NCBI GenBank assembly: GCA_963718665.1
Contig: OY970359.1
Location: forward strand, 864,001-928,000
Length of the DNA stretch: 64,000 nt
From: an uncultured Phycisphaerales bacterium
GTDB lineage: Bacteria; Planctomycetota; Phycisphaerae; Sedimentisphaerales; Anaerobacaceae
Direction of reading: 5' to 3'
Shown piece by piece: positions 39,820-50,600 of this stretch. Position 1 is the stretch's first letter, and every line of letters begins with the position of its first letter. The translations under genes and the position numbers were made by a program. Under the pieces are notes generated by a model. The model searched no databases. It saw nothing but the letters and a program-made list of their open reading frames with translations, and was not told where the DNA came from.

Positions 39820-41094
39820 ATGGTGATTGAACGACAATATGCGGATGGAGTCATCAGCAAAGAGCAGATGCAGGAGGCGGTGGCGGAGTATTTCAGGCGA
39901 CGGAGATACTCCGGCAAAAGCATACTTGTTATCGTCCCGGATAATACCAGGTCCGGCCCCGTCGGCGGGGTGTTCAAAGCCATATTCGATTGCGTCGGGA
40001 ATGACGTAAAAAAATTAGACGTGTTAGTTGCGCTGGGGACTCACCCGCCGATAAGCGAAGAGCAGATTTGTGCCCGGCTGACAATGACACAGAATGAGCG
40101 CAACGGCAAATACAAGTCGGTGAATTTTTTTAATCACCAGTGGGACAACCCGGAGATGTTCAAATTCGCAGGGCAGATTCACGCCGACAAGATAGAACGG
40201 CTGACCAAGGGGCTTTTCCGCGAAGAGGTTGAGGTCACGGTCAACAAGCTTGTTTTCGATTACGATGAGTTTTTTATCATAGGACCGGTATTTCCGCACG
40301 AGGTTGTGGGGTTTTCGGGCGGGCATAAATATATCTTCCCGGGCGTCGCGGGACCTCAAATCATAAACTTTTTCCACTGGCTTGGCGCGGTGATAACGAA
40401 CCCCGCGATAAACGGCAACAAGTGGACAGCGACTCGTGAAGTTGTCGAGAACGCGGCATCATACATAAAAACGCCGCATACGCTGTTTGCCCTGGTGGCA
40501 GATAAGGAACAGGTCAAAGGCATATTCATCGGCGAATGCGTGGAGGCGTGGGAGAAGGCGGCGGATTTGTCGGCAAAGGTGCATATCGTCTATAAGGACA
40601 AGCCCTACAAGACGGTGCTGGGGATAGCGCCGAAGATGTATGACGAGATATGGACGGCTGGCAAGGTAATGTATAAGCTGGAGCCGATTATTGAAGACGG
40701 CGGTATGCTGATTATTTACGCGCCGCATATCAAAGAGGTTTCGGTAACGCACGGCAAAACAATCGAGCAGGTCGGCTATCATACGCGAGATTATTTCCTC
40801 AAGCAGTGGAACAAGTTCAAGGATTATCCTCTCGCGGCGATAGCTCACTGCACGCACGTCAAAGGAATCGGCACGTATAACAACGGCGTGGAAAAGCCGA
40901 GAATCAACGTCGTTTTGGCGACGGGGATAAGCAGAGAGCGATGCCAGAAGATAAACCTGGGCTATATGGACCCGGAACAAATTGACATCGCAAATTACGA
41001 GGGCAAGGAAGATAAGGGAATTTTGGTTGTTCATGACGCGGGTGAGACGCTGTATAGATTGTCGGACGGTTCTATACCAAGAATAAGAGAATAA
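39820..41094 (+). CDS. LarA-family (nickel-pincer) 2-hydroxy-acid epimerase, probably D-mannonate/D-gluconate 2-epimerase
   Basis: IVPDNTRS, VALGTHP, NHQWD, FPHEVVGFSGGHKYIFPGVAG; substrate inferred from context. Confidence 0.8.
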   Translation: MVIERQYADGVISKEQMQEAVAEYFRRRRYSGKSILVIVPDNTRSGPVGGVFKAIFDCVGNDVKKLDVLVALGTHPPISEEQICARLTMTQNERNGKYKSVNFFNHQWDNPEMFKFAGQIHADKIERLTKGLFREEVEVTVNKLVFDYDEFFIIGPVFPHEVVGFSGGHKYIFPGVAGPQIINFFHWLGAVITNPAINGNKWTATREVVENAASYIKTPHTLFALVADKEQVKGIFIGECVEAWEKAADLSAKVHIVYKDKPYKTVLGIAPKMYDEIWTAGKVMYKLEPIIEDGGMLIIYAPHIKEVSVTHGKTIEQVGYHTRDYFLKQWNKFKDYPLAAIAHCTHVKGIGTYNNGVEKPRINVVLATGISRERCQKINLGYMDPEQIDIANYEGKEDKGILVVHDAGETLYRLSDGSIPRIRE

Positions 41095-41151
41095 ACACCC
41101 GGCCCCCCCGCTTCGGCGGGAATGACAGATATATAGAAAGGAAATCATAAA

Positions 41152-42603
41152 ATGACACAGGCGGATATCGGATTGGTCGGACTGGCGGTAATGGGTGAAA
41201 ACCTGATTTTGAATATGGAGAGCAAGGGATTCACCGTCGCTTGTTACAACAGGACGGTTTCGAAGGTCGATGATTTTGTAAACGGGCGGGCAAAGGGCAA
41301 GAAAATAATCGGCTGCCGCTCAATCGAAGAACTGACGGCGAACCTGAAAAAACCGAGGAAGGTAATGCTGATGGTCAAGGCGGGACAGGCAGTGGATGAT
41401 TTCATCGAACAGCTGCTGCCTCATCTTGATAATGGGGACATAATTATCGATGGTGGCAATTCGCATTTCCCGGATACGATTCGCAGGACCAAATACGTGG
41501 AGAGCAAGGGCAAGCTGTATATCGGCACGGGCGTATCGGGCGGCGAAGAAGGCGCGTTGCGCGGGCCGTCGATTATGCCGGGCGGTTCGCCGGCGGCGTG
41601 GCCAGGCGTCAAACCGATATTCCAGGCGATTTGCGCCAAGACAGAGAATGGAGAGCCCTGCTGCGAATGGGTCGGCGAAAACGGCGCGGGGCATTTTGTG
41701 AAAATGGTACACAACGGCATCGAATACGGCGATATGCAGTTGATTTGCGAGACGTATCATTTGATGAAGGAAGGATTGGGTTTGAGTAACGCCGAGATGC
41801 ACAAGGTCCTCGCGGAGTGGAACCAGAGCGAACTGAACTCATACCTGATTGAGATTACGCGTGATATTCTCGCTTACAAAGACGAGCAGGGAAACGAAGT
41901 CATCGATTTGATACTGGATACCGCGGGGCAAAAAGGAACGGGTAAATGGACCGTTGTCGCTGCGCTGGATTCGGGTCAGCCATTAACGCTTATAGGCGAG
42001 GCGGTATTCGGGCGGAGTTTGTCAGCTTTGAAGGATGAACGGGTAAAGGCATCGCAGGTATTGAAAGGCCCGAAGGCGCAATTCAAAGGGGACAAGGCAA
42101 AATTCCTCGATGATTTACACAAGGCGCTTTACGCGTCGAAGATAATAAGCTATGCGCAGGGTTATCAATTAATGCGAGCCGCGGCGAAGGAATACGGCTG
42201 GAATCTCAACTACGGCGGCGTCGCGCTGATGTGGCGAGGCGGATGCATTATCCGCTCGATATTCCTGGGCGAGATTAAAAAGGCGTTCGACAAAAATCCG
42301 AACCTTGAAAACCTTTTACTCGACCCGTTTTTCAGGAGGGCAATGACAAAGGCACAGGTTTCCTGGCGGCGGGTAGTAACAACGGCGGTCAAACTTGGCA
42401 TCCCAATTCCGGCAATCAGTGCGGCAATGGCGTTTTACGATGGCTATCGTCACGAGCGGCTGCCGGCGAATTTATTGCAGGCACAGCGTGATTATTTCGG
42501 TGCGCATACTTACGAGCGGGTTGATAAGCCGAGGGGCGAGTTTTTCCATACGAACTGGACCGGCCGGGGCGGCGATACAAGCTCATCCGCATATACCGCG
42601 TAA
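41152..42603 (+). CDS. gnd: 6-phosphogluconate dehydrogenase, decarboxylating (NADP)
   Basis: GLAVMGENL, YNRT, DGGN, GVSGGEEGA, HFVKMVHNGIEYGDMQ, QKGTGKW, QAQRDYFGAHTY. Confidence 0.97.
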   Translation: MTQADIGLVGLAVMGENLILNMESKGFTVACYNRTVSKVDDFVNGRAKGKKIIGCRSIEELTANLKKPRKVMLMVKAGQAVDDFIEQLLPHLDNGDIIIDGGNSHFPDTIRRTKYVESKGKLYIGTGVSGGEEGALRGPSIMPGGSPAAWPGVKPIFQAICAKTENGEPCCEWVGENGAGHFVKMVHNGIEYGDMQLICETYHLMKEGLGLSNAEMHKVLAEWNQSELNSYLIEITRDILAYKDEQGNEVIDLILDTAGQKGTGKWTVVAALDSGQPLTLIGEAVFGRSLSALKDERVKASQVLKGPKAQFKGDKAKFLDDLHKALYASKIISYAQGYQLMRAAAKEYGWNLNYGGVALMWRGGCIIRSIFLGEIKKAFDKNPNLENLLLDPFFRRAMTKAQVSWRRVVTTAVKLGIPIPAISAAMAFYDGYRHERLPANLLQAQRDYFGAHTYERVDKPRGEFFHTNWTGRGGDTSSSAYTA

Positions 42604-42817
42604 CGCCGAATACGGCAGTAAATGTTAATCTTTTGGTTTCCGGCATATATCGACAATTTCATCTTTCTCGTCAAAAGTCAGACCATCTGTCGTCAATAAT
42701 CGCCGACGCCGTCGTGAGGAAGTAAATCGGCTGGCAAGTTGACTTAAACAGAATCGTCGTGTATATTCTGGCAAGTGAAAGAACCAGGTTTTTGACGATA
42801 TTTTCACAGGAACTCTT

Positions 42818-43063
42818 ATGGATTTGTTCTGGAAAATAATGATAGCGGCTGCGGCGATTGTCGTTATCGGCTGGATTGCGTACGGAATATGGGAATGGCG
42901 TGAACGCAAACTCGAAAAAGAAAGACCAAAAGTCAGGTCTGAGAAATACCAGCAGGCGTCAAGTTCGGTCACGGATTACGCCAAAAAGCTGGCTGAATTC
43001 AAAAAGCCGACATATAAACGTGAAGACGCCCCCCCGACAGACACCAGGCCGCCACAGGGATAA
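42818..43063 (+). CDS. Small single-TM hypothetical protein
   Basis: AGGA RBS; hydrophobic N-terminus and charged tail. Confidence 0.55.
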   Translation: MDLFWKIMIAAAAIVVIGWIAYGIWEWRERKLEKERPKVRSEKYQQASSSVTDYAKKLAEFKKPTYKREDAPPTDTRPPQG

Positions 43064-43170
43064 ACGTCAACAGCAGGAACATTTTTGCCCGAAGATTTTC
43101 TGCCGCAGGACAAAATGGTCGAGGACGTTTGCTTCAACAACGCAGAGAGATACTTTGCGATGTCGCTCGA

Positions 43171-43683
43171 TTAACCTTTAGCGGCTTTAGTGTTGTGAAT
43201 GGTCGGGATGGGTTTGAGATATTCGAACAACTCGAATACCTCCCCCGACGCCCCTTTGAAAAACGCTATCCTGACGCCGCCCATCATTTTCGGGTCATCT
43301 ATAATCGGAGTGGAGAAGCTGACGCTTTTGGCCTTGAGCTTGGCGACAACAGTGTTGATATCCTTGACCTCAAGGGCAATGTGGTCAATAGGACCGGTCG
43401 TTCTTGACTTGACCTTATTAACATCATCCGGCTGAAGAAGCTCGATTATGCACGAGCCCCGGCGAACCAGCCCAAAGCCATACCCGGAATCCAGATGTGT
43501 TCTGTGAACCACTTCAAAACCAAGCGTATCAGTATAAAAAGCGAGCGCCTTGGTCATATCACTCGTAAACACGCATATATGCGCAAGGCCGTTTATGTCG
43601 GGGATATTAGCGTCTGCGAATGAGGATTTATTAACAATAGCCATAGTTATAACCACCATAAAAACAACAATAAAGCCGTTCAC
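43171..43683 (-). CDS. VOC/glyoxalase-family protein with an N-terminal hydrophobic segment (start uncertain)
   Basis: LAHICVFTSDMTKALAFYTDTLGF, IELL, IDHIALEV, AFFKG..GEVFELFE. Confidence 0.85.
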   Translation of the reverse strand: MNGFIVVFMVVITMAIVNKSSFADANIPDINGLAHICVFTSDMTKALAFYTDTLGFEVVHRTHLDSGYGFGLVRRGSCIIELLQPDDVNKVKSRTTGPIDHIALEVKDINTVVAKLKAKSVSFSTPIIDDPKMMGGVRIAFFKGASGEVFELFEYLKPIPTIHNTKAAKG

Positions 43684-43792
43684 GTCCCGTCTTTTGCGCA
43701 GCCGGGTAAGCCCTCTCAAAAAAACTATGCAGCCCAATGACTCGGAAACACAATTTATGCGATTGAATCATTGCTTATGATTTTCTGCGTAT

Positions 43793-43821
43793 AAAAAAGG
43801 TCCCGCTTTGGGGGCGGGACC
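43793..43821 (-). terminator. Rho-independent terminator of the second csp
   Basis: GGTCCCGC/GCGGGACC stem followed by T6 on the minus strand. Confidence 0.75.
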
Positions 43822-43847
43822 ACAGGTTTTTCGTTCGGCAAACCGTT

Positions 43848-44051
43848 TTAGGAAGGTTTGACGTCTGTCGCTTCCGGGCCTTTCTTGCCCTGGGCGAGAG
43901 TGTATTCCACCGCCTGACCTTCTTTTAGTGTCCTGAAGCCCTCGGCAACAATTTTGGAGTGATGAATAAACACATCCTCGCTGCCGTCATCAGGAACAAT
44001 AAAACCAAAACCTTTTTTCTCATTGAACCATTTTACTTTACCTGTAGCCAC
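43848..44051 (-). CDS. cspA: Cold-shock protein
   Basis: [30 protein letters not shown]. Confidence 0.95.
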   Translation of the reverse strand: MATGKVKWFNEKKGFGFIVPDDGSEDVFIHHSKIVAEGFRTLKEGQAVEYTLAQGKKGPEATDVKPS

Positions 44052-44356
44052 GTGTTTCTCCTTTTAACCCATACCGCCGGCTCCTCGCTGTTTCGCGAAG
44101 GCGCTTTTGCGAGGATTGTTTAAAAGCGCCCCTTACACGGTGACAAAATAGCTTAAAACCCTTTGTAATTCAACAACTTTTTTAAGGATTTTTTTGCTTT
44201 TCAGGCGGCAGACAGGAGGCATTTTATCCCCGATCAACCGGCCAAATACCGCCAGCAGCCGTCATCTTCGTATCATTTTAACCCTCAAAACGGGGGTTTT
44301 TGCTTTACTTGGACGCCGTAGGAAGGTATATCAGTAGTTCTGATATGTTAAAAAGC

Positions 44357-44385
44357 TTGACATAGCAGCAACTTTAAACTAAATT
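44357..44385 (+). promoter_or_regulatory. Putative sigma70 promoter of the rpsB operon
   Basis: TTGACA-17nt-TAAATT. Confidence 0.6.
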
Positions 44386-44451
44386 CTCAGTTTTGGTTTT
44401 CGGTTTCGGTACCGATATATGTTTCTTTAATTAAGGTTTTTGGAGGTCTTT

Positions 44452-45282
44452 GTGGTTAAAGAGTTGGCAAAAGAGTTGATTAGTGCAGGCGTCCATTTTG
44501 GACACAGCGCAAACAGATGGAATCCCAAGATGGGGCCTTTTATTTTTGGCAAACGCGGGCAGATACACATCATCGATGTTCGCAAGACCCTGGCAGGCTT
44601 GGTAATCGCCAGGAAACTGCTGGTGGACGTCATATCCTCGGGCAAAGATGTCGTATTCGTGGGAACCAAAAGGCAGGCGCAAAAGGCGGTTGAGGCCTCG
44701 GCGGAAAAGTGCGGTATGCACTTCGTCTCGGACCGCTGGCTTGGCGGAACACTCACGAATTTCAGAACGATACGCTCGCGCGTTCAGCGGCTCGAAGAGC
44801 TGGAAGGAATGCAGGAAGCGGGCACGCTCGAATCGCAGAGCAAAAAGCAGGCATCCCGGCTCAAACGCGAGCTGCGGAAAATAAAAAGCAATATGGACGG
44901 CATTCGCAGAATGAGTCGGCTGCCGGGAGCAGTGGTTGTGGTTGACTGCAAAAAAGAATACCTCGCCCTGCGGGAAGCCAGGAAACTCGGCATAACCACC
45001 ATCGGGATTATCGATACCGATTGTGACCCGGATACGGTTGATGTGGTGATTCCGGCCAACGACGACTCAATTAGAGCGATAAGCTTGCTCTTAAACGAGC
45101 TTGCGGATGCGGTCGCTCAAGGCAAGACGATGGACACAATCCGCAAAGACGTCGCAGCAAAACCCAAGCACATCAGGTCAAAAAGAACCGTCATGGCACG
45201 TGCGGATAAGCCGGAAGCAGAGCAGGCCCCCGAAGCAACAGGCGAAATACCTCAGCCCGGCAGCGAACCCACACAGCAATAA
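44452..45282 (+). CDS. rpsB: 30S ribosomal protein S2
   Basis: AGVHFGH...WNPKM, FVGTK, RWLGGTLTNF, IPANDD; GGAGG RBS and GTG start. Confidence 0.97.
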   Translation: MVKELAKELISAGVHFGHSANRWNPKMGPFIFGKRGQIHIIDVRKTLAGLVIARKLLVDVISSGKDVVFVGTKRQAQKAVEASAEKCGMHFVSDRWLGGTLTNFRTIRSRVQRLEELEGMQEAGTLESQSKKQASRLKRELRKIKSNMDGIRRMSRLPGAVVVVDCKKEYLALREARKLGITTIGIIDTDCDPDTVDVVIPANDDSIRAISLLLNELADAVAQGKTMDTIRKDVAAKPKHIRSKRTVMARADKPEAEQAPEATGEIPQPGSEPTQQ

Positions 45283-45326
45283 AAAAAACGATAATACCGA
45301 AAAGGTTTTTAGCAGGAGTTTTTGAA

Positions 45327-46214
45327 ATGGCGGAAATCTCGGCATCACTGGTAGTTAAACTTCGCAAGATGAGCAGCCAGGGTATGATGGACTGCAAAAA
45401 GGCGCTTGAAGAAGCAAACGGCAATATAGATGAAGCAATGACGATTCTTCGCAAGAAAGGTCTTGCAACATTAGTTAAGCGTGCAGAGCGAGAAACGACA
45501 GAAGGTTTAGTTGTTATTACCCATGGTGATATTGGTGGTGGGAAGAAATGGGTTTCTTTAGCAACTCTATGCTGTGAAACTGACTTTGTCGCCAGAAGTG
45601 ACCCTTTTAGAAATTTGGTTGACTATTTGGTTGACGCTATAAAAAATAACACAAAAGAGCACCCATCAGATAAGGGGACTAAAAGTATCCTTGAGACTTC
45701 TGTAAGCGGTAAAAAATATAACGATATTATGACCGAGGCGGTTAGCAAAACTGGCGAGAAGTTGCAAGTGCGTGATTTCGAGAGATATATGCTCAGTGGC
45801 CCGGGTCTTATAGGAACGTACCTTCATTTCAATGGGAAGGTCGGTGCTATGGTTGAGATTGAAACGAGCGACGAGACAACAGCTCAAAATGAACTAATGC
45901 AGAAAGTATCTAATGATATTGCGATGCACATTACCGCGACAAAGCCGCTTGCCCTGGATAAATCAGGCATCGACCCAAAGGTAATCGAGCAGGAAAAGAG
46001 TATTTACGCCGACCAGGTGAAAAACAAGCCGGCGAACATCGTGGATAAAATAGTCGAAGGCAAACTGAAGAAATTCTTCGAGGATAACTGCCTTCTCGAC
46101 CAGAAGTTTGTAAAGGACGATACAAAAACAGTGGCGCAGGTATTGGAAGAGGCCGCCAAGTCGGCAGGCGGCAAGGCAACGCTGAAAAAATTCGTGCGTT
46201 TCGACGTCGGGTAA
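45327..46214 (+). CDS. tsf: Elongation factor Ts
   Basis: GMMDCKKAL, LRKKG, CETDFVA, IAMHI, KIVEGKLKKF, LLDQKFV. Confidence 0.96.
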   Translation: MAEISASLVVKLRKMSSQGMMDCKKALEEANGNIDEAMTILRKKGLATLVKRAERETTEGLVVITHGDIGGGKKWVSLATLCCETDFVARSDPFRNLVDYLVDAIKNNTKEHPSDKGTKSILETSVSGKKYNDIMTEAVSKTGEKLQVRDFERYMLSGPGLIGTYLHFNGKVGAMVEIETSDETTAQNELMQKVSNDIAMHITATKPLALDKSGIDPKVIEQEKSIYADQVKNKPANIVDKIVEGKLKKFFEDNCLLDQKFVKDDTKTVAQVLEEAAKSAGGKATLKKFVRFDVG

Positions 46215-46266
46215 GCGGTCTGCCGGATATGTTTTCGCCGACCCGGAAGGATACGGGGAACGAAAA

Positions 46267-46983
46267 ATGCCAGTGAGCAAATACAAGCGGGTGCTGCTGA
46301 AATTATCGGGGGAAAGTTTTTGCGAACAGGGCGGATTCGGGATTGACGGCAAGCAGCTCGAATCTATAGCCAGCAGGATTGCCGAGATTAACAAACTCGG
46401 CCCGCAGGTCGCCGTCGTCGTCGGCGCGGGAAACTTCATCCGGGGGGAAAAATTCTCAAAAAAGACATCGATACCGCGAAATACCGCGGATTATATGGGT
46501 ATGCTCACGACGATTATCAACGCCTGCGCACTGCAGGAAACGCTCGAAAAACTCGGGACAACGACTCGCGTAATGAGCGCGATAGAGGTCGAGGCAATGT
46601 GCGAGCGGTTTATACGCCGAAGAGCGCTGAGACATTTCGAGCAGGGAAGAATCGTCATACTGGCAGGCGGAACCGGCAACCCGTTTTTCACCACCGACAC
46701 CTGTGCTGCCCTGCGGGCTGTGGAGCTTGAGGCGGATTTGTTGATTAAAGCGACCACGGTTGACGGCGTTTACAGCGATGACCCCAAGAAAAACCCCGGC
46801 GCGAAGCTTTTTGAGAAACTGTCATACCAAGATGTCCTCGAAAAGAACCTCCGCGTGATGGATCATTCGGCCGTAAGCTTGTGCCGGGACAATAAAATCC
46901 CCATCGTAGTTATTAACATCTTCAAAACCGGCAACCTTAGCAAAGCGATTCGCGGCGAACCGGTAGGAACCGTGATTTCTTAA
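46267..46983 (+). CDS. pyrH: UMP kinase
   Basis: RVLLKLSGE, GAGN, DYMGML, GTGNPFFTTD, DGVYSDDP. Confidence 0.97.
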   Translation: MPVSKYKRVLLKLSGESFCEQGGFGIDGKQLESIASRIAEINKLGPQVAVVVGAGNFIRGEKFSKKTSIPRNTADYMGMLTTIINACALQETLEKLGTTTRVMSAIEVEAMCERFIRRRALRHFEQGRIVILAGGTGNPFFTTDTCAALRAVELEADLLIKATTVDGVYSDDPKKNPGAKLFEKLSYQDVLEKNLRVMDHSAVSLCRDNKIPIVVINIFKTGNLSKAIRGEPVGTVIS

Positions 46984-46999
46984 GGGATGGAGACGAGAT

Positions 47000-47560
47000 A
47001 TGCCTGTTAAAGAGATAATGACAAACAGTGAAAATAAAATGAAAAAGGCGGCGGACATCCTGCTGGACGAGCTTAAAGGCGTTCGCACGGGTATGGCATC
47101 GACAGGCCTTGTTGAAAATATACGGGTCGAGTATTACGGCAACCCGACGCCGCTAAAGGCGCTTGCCGCCCTGTCAACGCCTCAATCGGATATGATTTTA
47201 GTAAAGCCCTTCGACCCCGGCTCAATCAAGGATATCGACAAGGCGATACTGGCCAGCGACGTTGGTTTGACGCCTATGGTCGATGGCAAAGTCATTCGCC
47301 TCAATGTCCCCGCCCTTACCGAAGAACGAAGAAGACAAATAGTGCATCAAATCAGGGGCTTTGGCGAACAGGCCAAGGTAAGCGTCCGCAACGTCAGAAG
47401 AGACGAAATAAAAACGCTTGAAAAAGAAGAAAATGACAAGCTGGTAACCGAAGACGACCTGGAAAAAGGCAAAAAGCAGCTTGACGATATGGCCAAACAA
47501 TATACCGACAAGGTTGACCATATGGTCAAGCACAAGTCAGATGAAATAATGCAGGGTTAA
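47000..47560 (+). CDS. frr: Ribosome recycling factor
   Basis: VRTG, YYGNPTPL, PALTEERR, KVSVRNVRR. Confidence 0.96.
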   Translation: MPVKEIMTNSENKMKKAADILLDELKGVRTGMASTGLVENIRVEYYGNPTPLKALAALSTPQSDMILVKPFDPGSIKDIDKAILASDVGLTPMVDGKVIRLNVPALTEERRRQIVHQIRGFGEQAKVSVRNVRRDEIKTLEKEENDKLVTEDDLEKGKKQLDDMAKQYTDKVDHMVKHKSDEIMQG

Positions 47561-47565
47561 ACCGG

Positions 47566-47650
47566 AATTGAGAATTTAGAACGAAGAGTTAAGAATTCAA
47601 AAAAACGACCGCTGGAGCGTTTCTCAATTCTTCATTCTAAATTCTTAATT
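47566..47650. repeat. Inverted heptamer tracts forming a long imperfect hairpin after frr
   Basis: aattgagaatttagaacgaagagttaagaa ... ttctcaattcttcattctaaattcttaatt. Confidence 0.7.
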
Positions 47651-47699
47651 GTCAATCGAGGGACGTAATTGATATTTATTCGGTTTTGGGGATTATCCT

Positions 47700-50600
47700 A
47701 TGGAACACTCGGAAACCAACATAACAAAGAAAAAAACCGGCAAAAAGATATTAAAAATCACGGCAGGCGCAGTTGTTATTCTGCTATTGCTGGTGATTTT
47801 GCTGGTGGCGTTCATCGTCCCGGCGTATGTCTCCAGCGAAAGCGGACGAAAATTGATACTCTCGAAAGCCAACGCCTCAGGCGCGGGGGCTATCGACTTC
47901 ACTAAACTGTCAATGAGCTGGCTCAAAGGCATCAGCGTTACCAATATCAGTTTCAAAAACGCCGACCGGGGACTTTCGGTGGCGGTAAAAGGCGTCTCAA
48001 CCAGACCTGATTACGGCGCACTGCTGGCCGGCAACCTTTCCTTCGGCGAAACGGTAATCGATGAGCCGAAGGTGGAAATAGATGTCGATAAAATGAAACA
48101 GAAAACCGCCGAGACGCAGAAGGCCGCCGCTAAACCGGCAGCCAAAGGCAAACCGGAAACCTCTGCCGGCGTGCCAATCAAAAAAATAGACCTCGTCGTA
48201 AAAGACGGGGACGTAAAAATAAAAGATAAACGCGGCGAAGTCGAGGTCTCAAAGATAAACAGCAAAGTGGCCCTGCTTGGGCCTGGTGAAAAAACCACTC
48301 TCGCCCTGGACGCCAGTATCGCCGGGCAGGGAGCCGCCTCGACGGTAAACGCCCGCGGCGACCTGACTCCTGGTAAAAACTGGGACTTAAGCAAAGCAAC
48401 CGCAAATATTACAGCCGACGTGAATAATCTTAACTTGAGTCAGTTGGAATCCATATTGGCTATCGCGGGTGTTGACGTAACCGCCAGAGGTACAGTTTCG
48501 GCGCATTTGAAAGGCGCGTTGAAGAATGGCGTTGTGGAAAACGTCGGCCTGGACGTGCAGGGCAGCTCACTCGAAATAACCGCCCTGCAACTCAAAGGGG
48601 ACACGATAAAAACCGACGCCCTGAACGTCACAGTGGAAATCGGCCAGCAGGGAAATCTTGTAAACGTCAATAAAATGAATATCGTGACCGACTGGTTCAG
48701 GGCCGACGTCAACGGAGCTGCGCCGATGTCACTGGCATCTGTTTCGGAATTTATGAAACAGGGTTCTAAAAACGAGTTGAAGGCGAATCTCGAATGCAAT
48801 CTGCCCGCGGTGGCGGGGATGCTTCCTAAAACGCTGGGCCTCAGTAGCCAGACAAAATTAACCGGCGGCAAGCTCGTCGGCAGCATCCAGACCGTTAATG
48901 AAACGGGCGGTAAAATGCTGGCTGGGCAGGTGAGCGTCGAAGGTCTCACCGGCACGATGGACGGCAAGCCGGTGTCCCTCTCCGAGCCGGTGCAGGTGCA
49001 GGCGAAAATATCCGCCGAAGGTGACAATATAAAATTTGAAAAAATCAGCGTGTCATCGTCTTTCGCAACCGTCAATTGCGACGGCAACACCGAGACGTTT
49101 AATTACGATACGCAGATTGACCTCGCCAAAGCCGCCTCTGAGCTGGGACAGTTCACCGACCTCGGCAAATACAAGCTCGCCGGGCAGTTCTCAGCCAAAG
49201 GGCAGCTAACCAACAACGCAAAAACCACGATGCTTGCCTGCTCGTCGAAAATATCGAATCTGCGGGTAAATCCCACCGCCGATATAACCGTCAGTGAGCC
49301 GAATGCCGCGCTCGATGTAACCGCCGCAATTGATAAACAAACCAACGTGCTGCTGGTAAAACAGTTCAAAGCAGACACAAGCTTAGGACAGTTCAGCGTC
49401 CAGGACGGACGCCTCCCTATGGGCGCAGATGTTAAAGAGCCGATTTCGCTTACCGCCTCCGCCAAGGGCCTCGACCTCGCAAAAGTCCAGCCATACCTTG
49501 TAATGACAAAGGCGATTTCGAAAGACGTCGTGCTTGGCGGTATGGTTGATTCGAATATCACGCTCAGCTCCAAAGACGGCAGCTACAAAGTTACTACCGA
49601 TTCGACAAAAATCTCAAACCTTCTTGTAAAAGCCCCGGGTAAAGAGGCGTTTACGCAGAACCCCGTCGCGATTGTCCTCGACGCGGAAGTGAATCCGACG
49701 ACAAAAACAATGGCTGTCAACAACGCGGAGATTGCAAGCCCCGACATAAAAATCAAAGCCAGTGTCCAGCAGAAAATAGAGGGACAAAACAGCTCCATAC
49801 AGGGAACCGCAAAGCTCGACTACGACTGGAAGGCGATCACGGGAATGCTTTCGCCCTTTATGCCCGCGGACCTGAAAATCGAAGGCAAACGCCAGGACTC
49901 AATCAGCTTCGCCAGCAAATATCCGACTAACGACCCCAACCAGATGCTCGCCAACCTCAACGCCCAGGCCAAAGTCGGCTTCGACAAGGTCTCCTATATG
50001 GGCCTCAACGTGGGGACAACCAACGTGGATATAAAAGTAGATAAAGGTTTGTTGACCATCCCGAAATTTACCTCTACGGCCAACAACGGCCAGCTTAATT
50101 TCGGCGGCTCAGCCGACTTCAAAAAGAACCCCGCGATATTCAGAACACCCGGACAAATGCAGATTGTCAAAGATGTGCAGCTTAACGTTGAGATGGCAAA
50201 CAAGCTGCTGTCAAAAGTAAATCCGATTTTCTCCGGGGCCTCCAACGTAACCGGCGTTGCCAATTTCCAGTGCGACCGGCTCGCTGTCCCCATAATCGGC
50301 GGTAAACCCGAAGACGCCAATATCGCCGGCACGATTTCCCTCATGCAGGTAAAAATGCAGTCGGGACTGCTGGCGGCAATAATGACGGCTATCGGCGGTT
50401 CGGACAATATGATGACCCTCCATCCCACCGCATTTACCGTCAAAGACGGCTTTGTCAACTATACGAATATGCAGATGGACCTCGGCAGCAGACCCATCTA
50501 TTTCAGCGGAAGCGTTCCCGTTGACCCCAACAGGGAAATCAAAAGCTTCAGTGTTACCCTGCCTGTTACCGCCCTCGGCAAAACGGTTTCAACCGGCAAA

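Noticed and set aside
44327..44354. dif site (ATATGTTAAAA resembles the XerD arm)
   Set aside because: The left arm does not match a XerC site. The sequence is better read as a short palindrome (ATATCAG-N5-CTGATAT) by the rpsB promoter.
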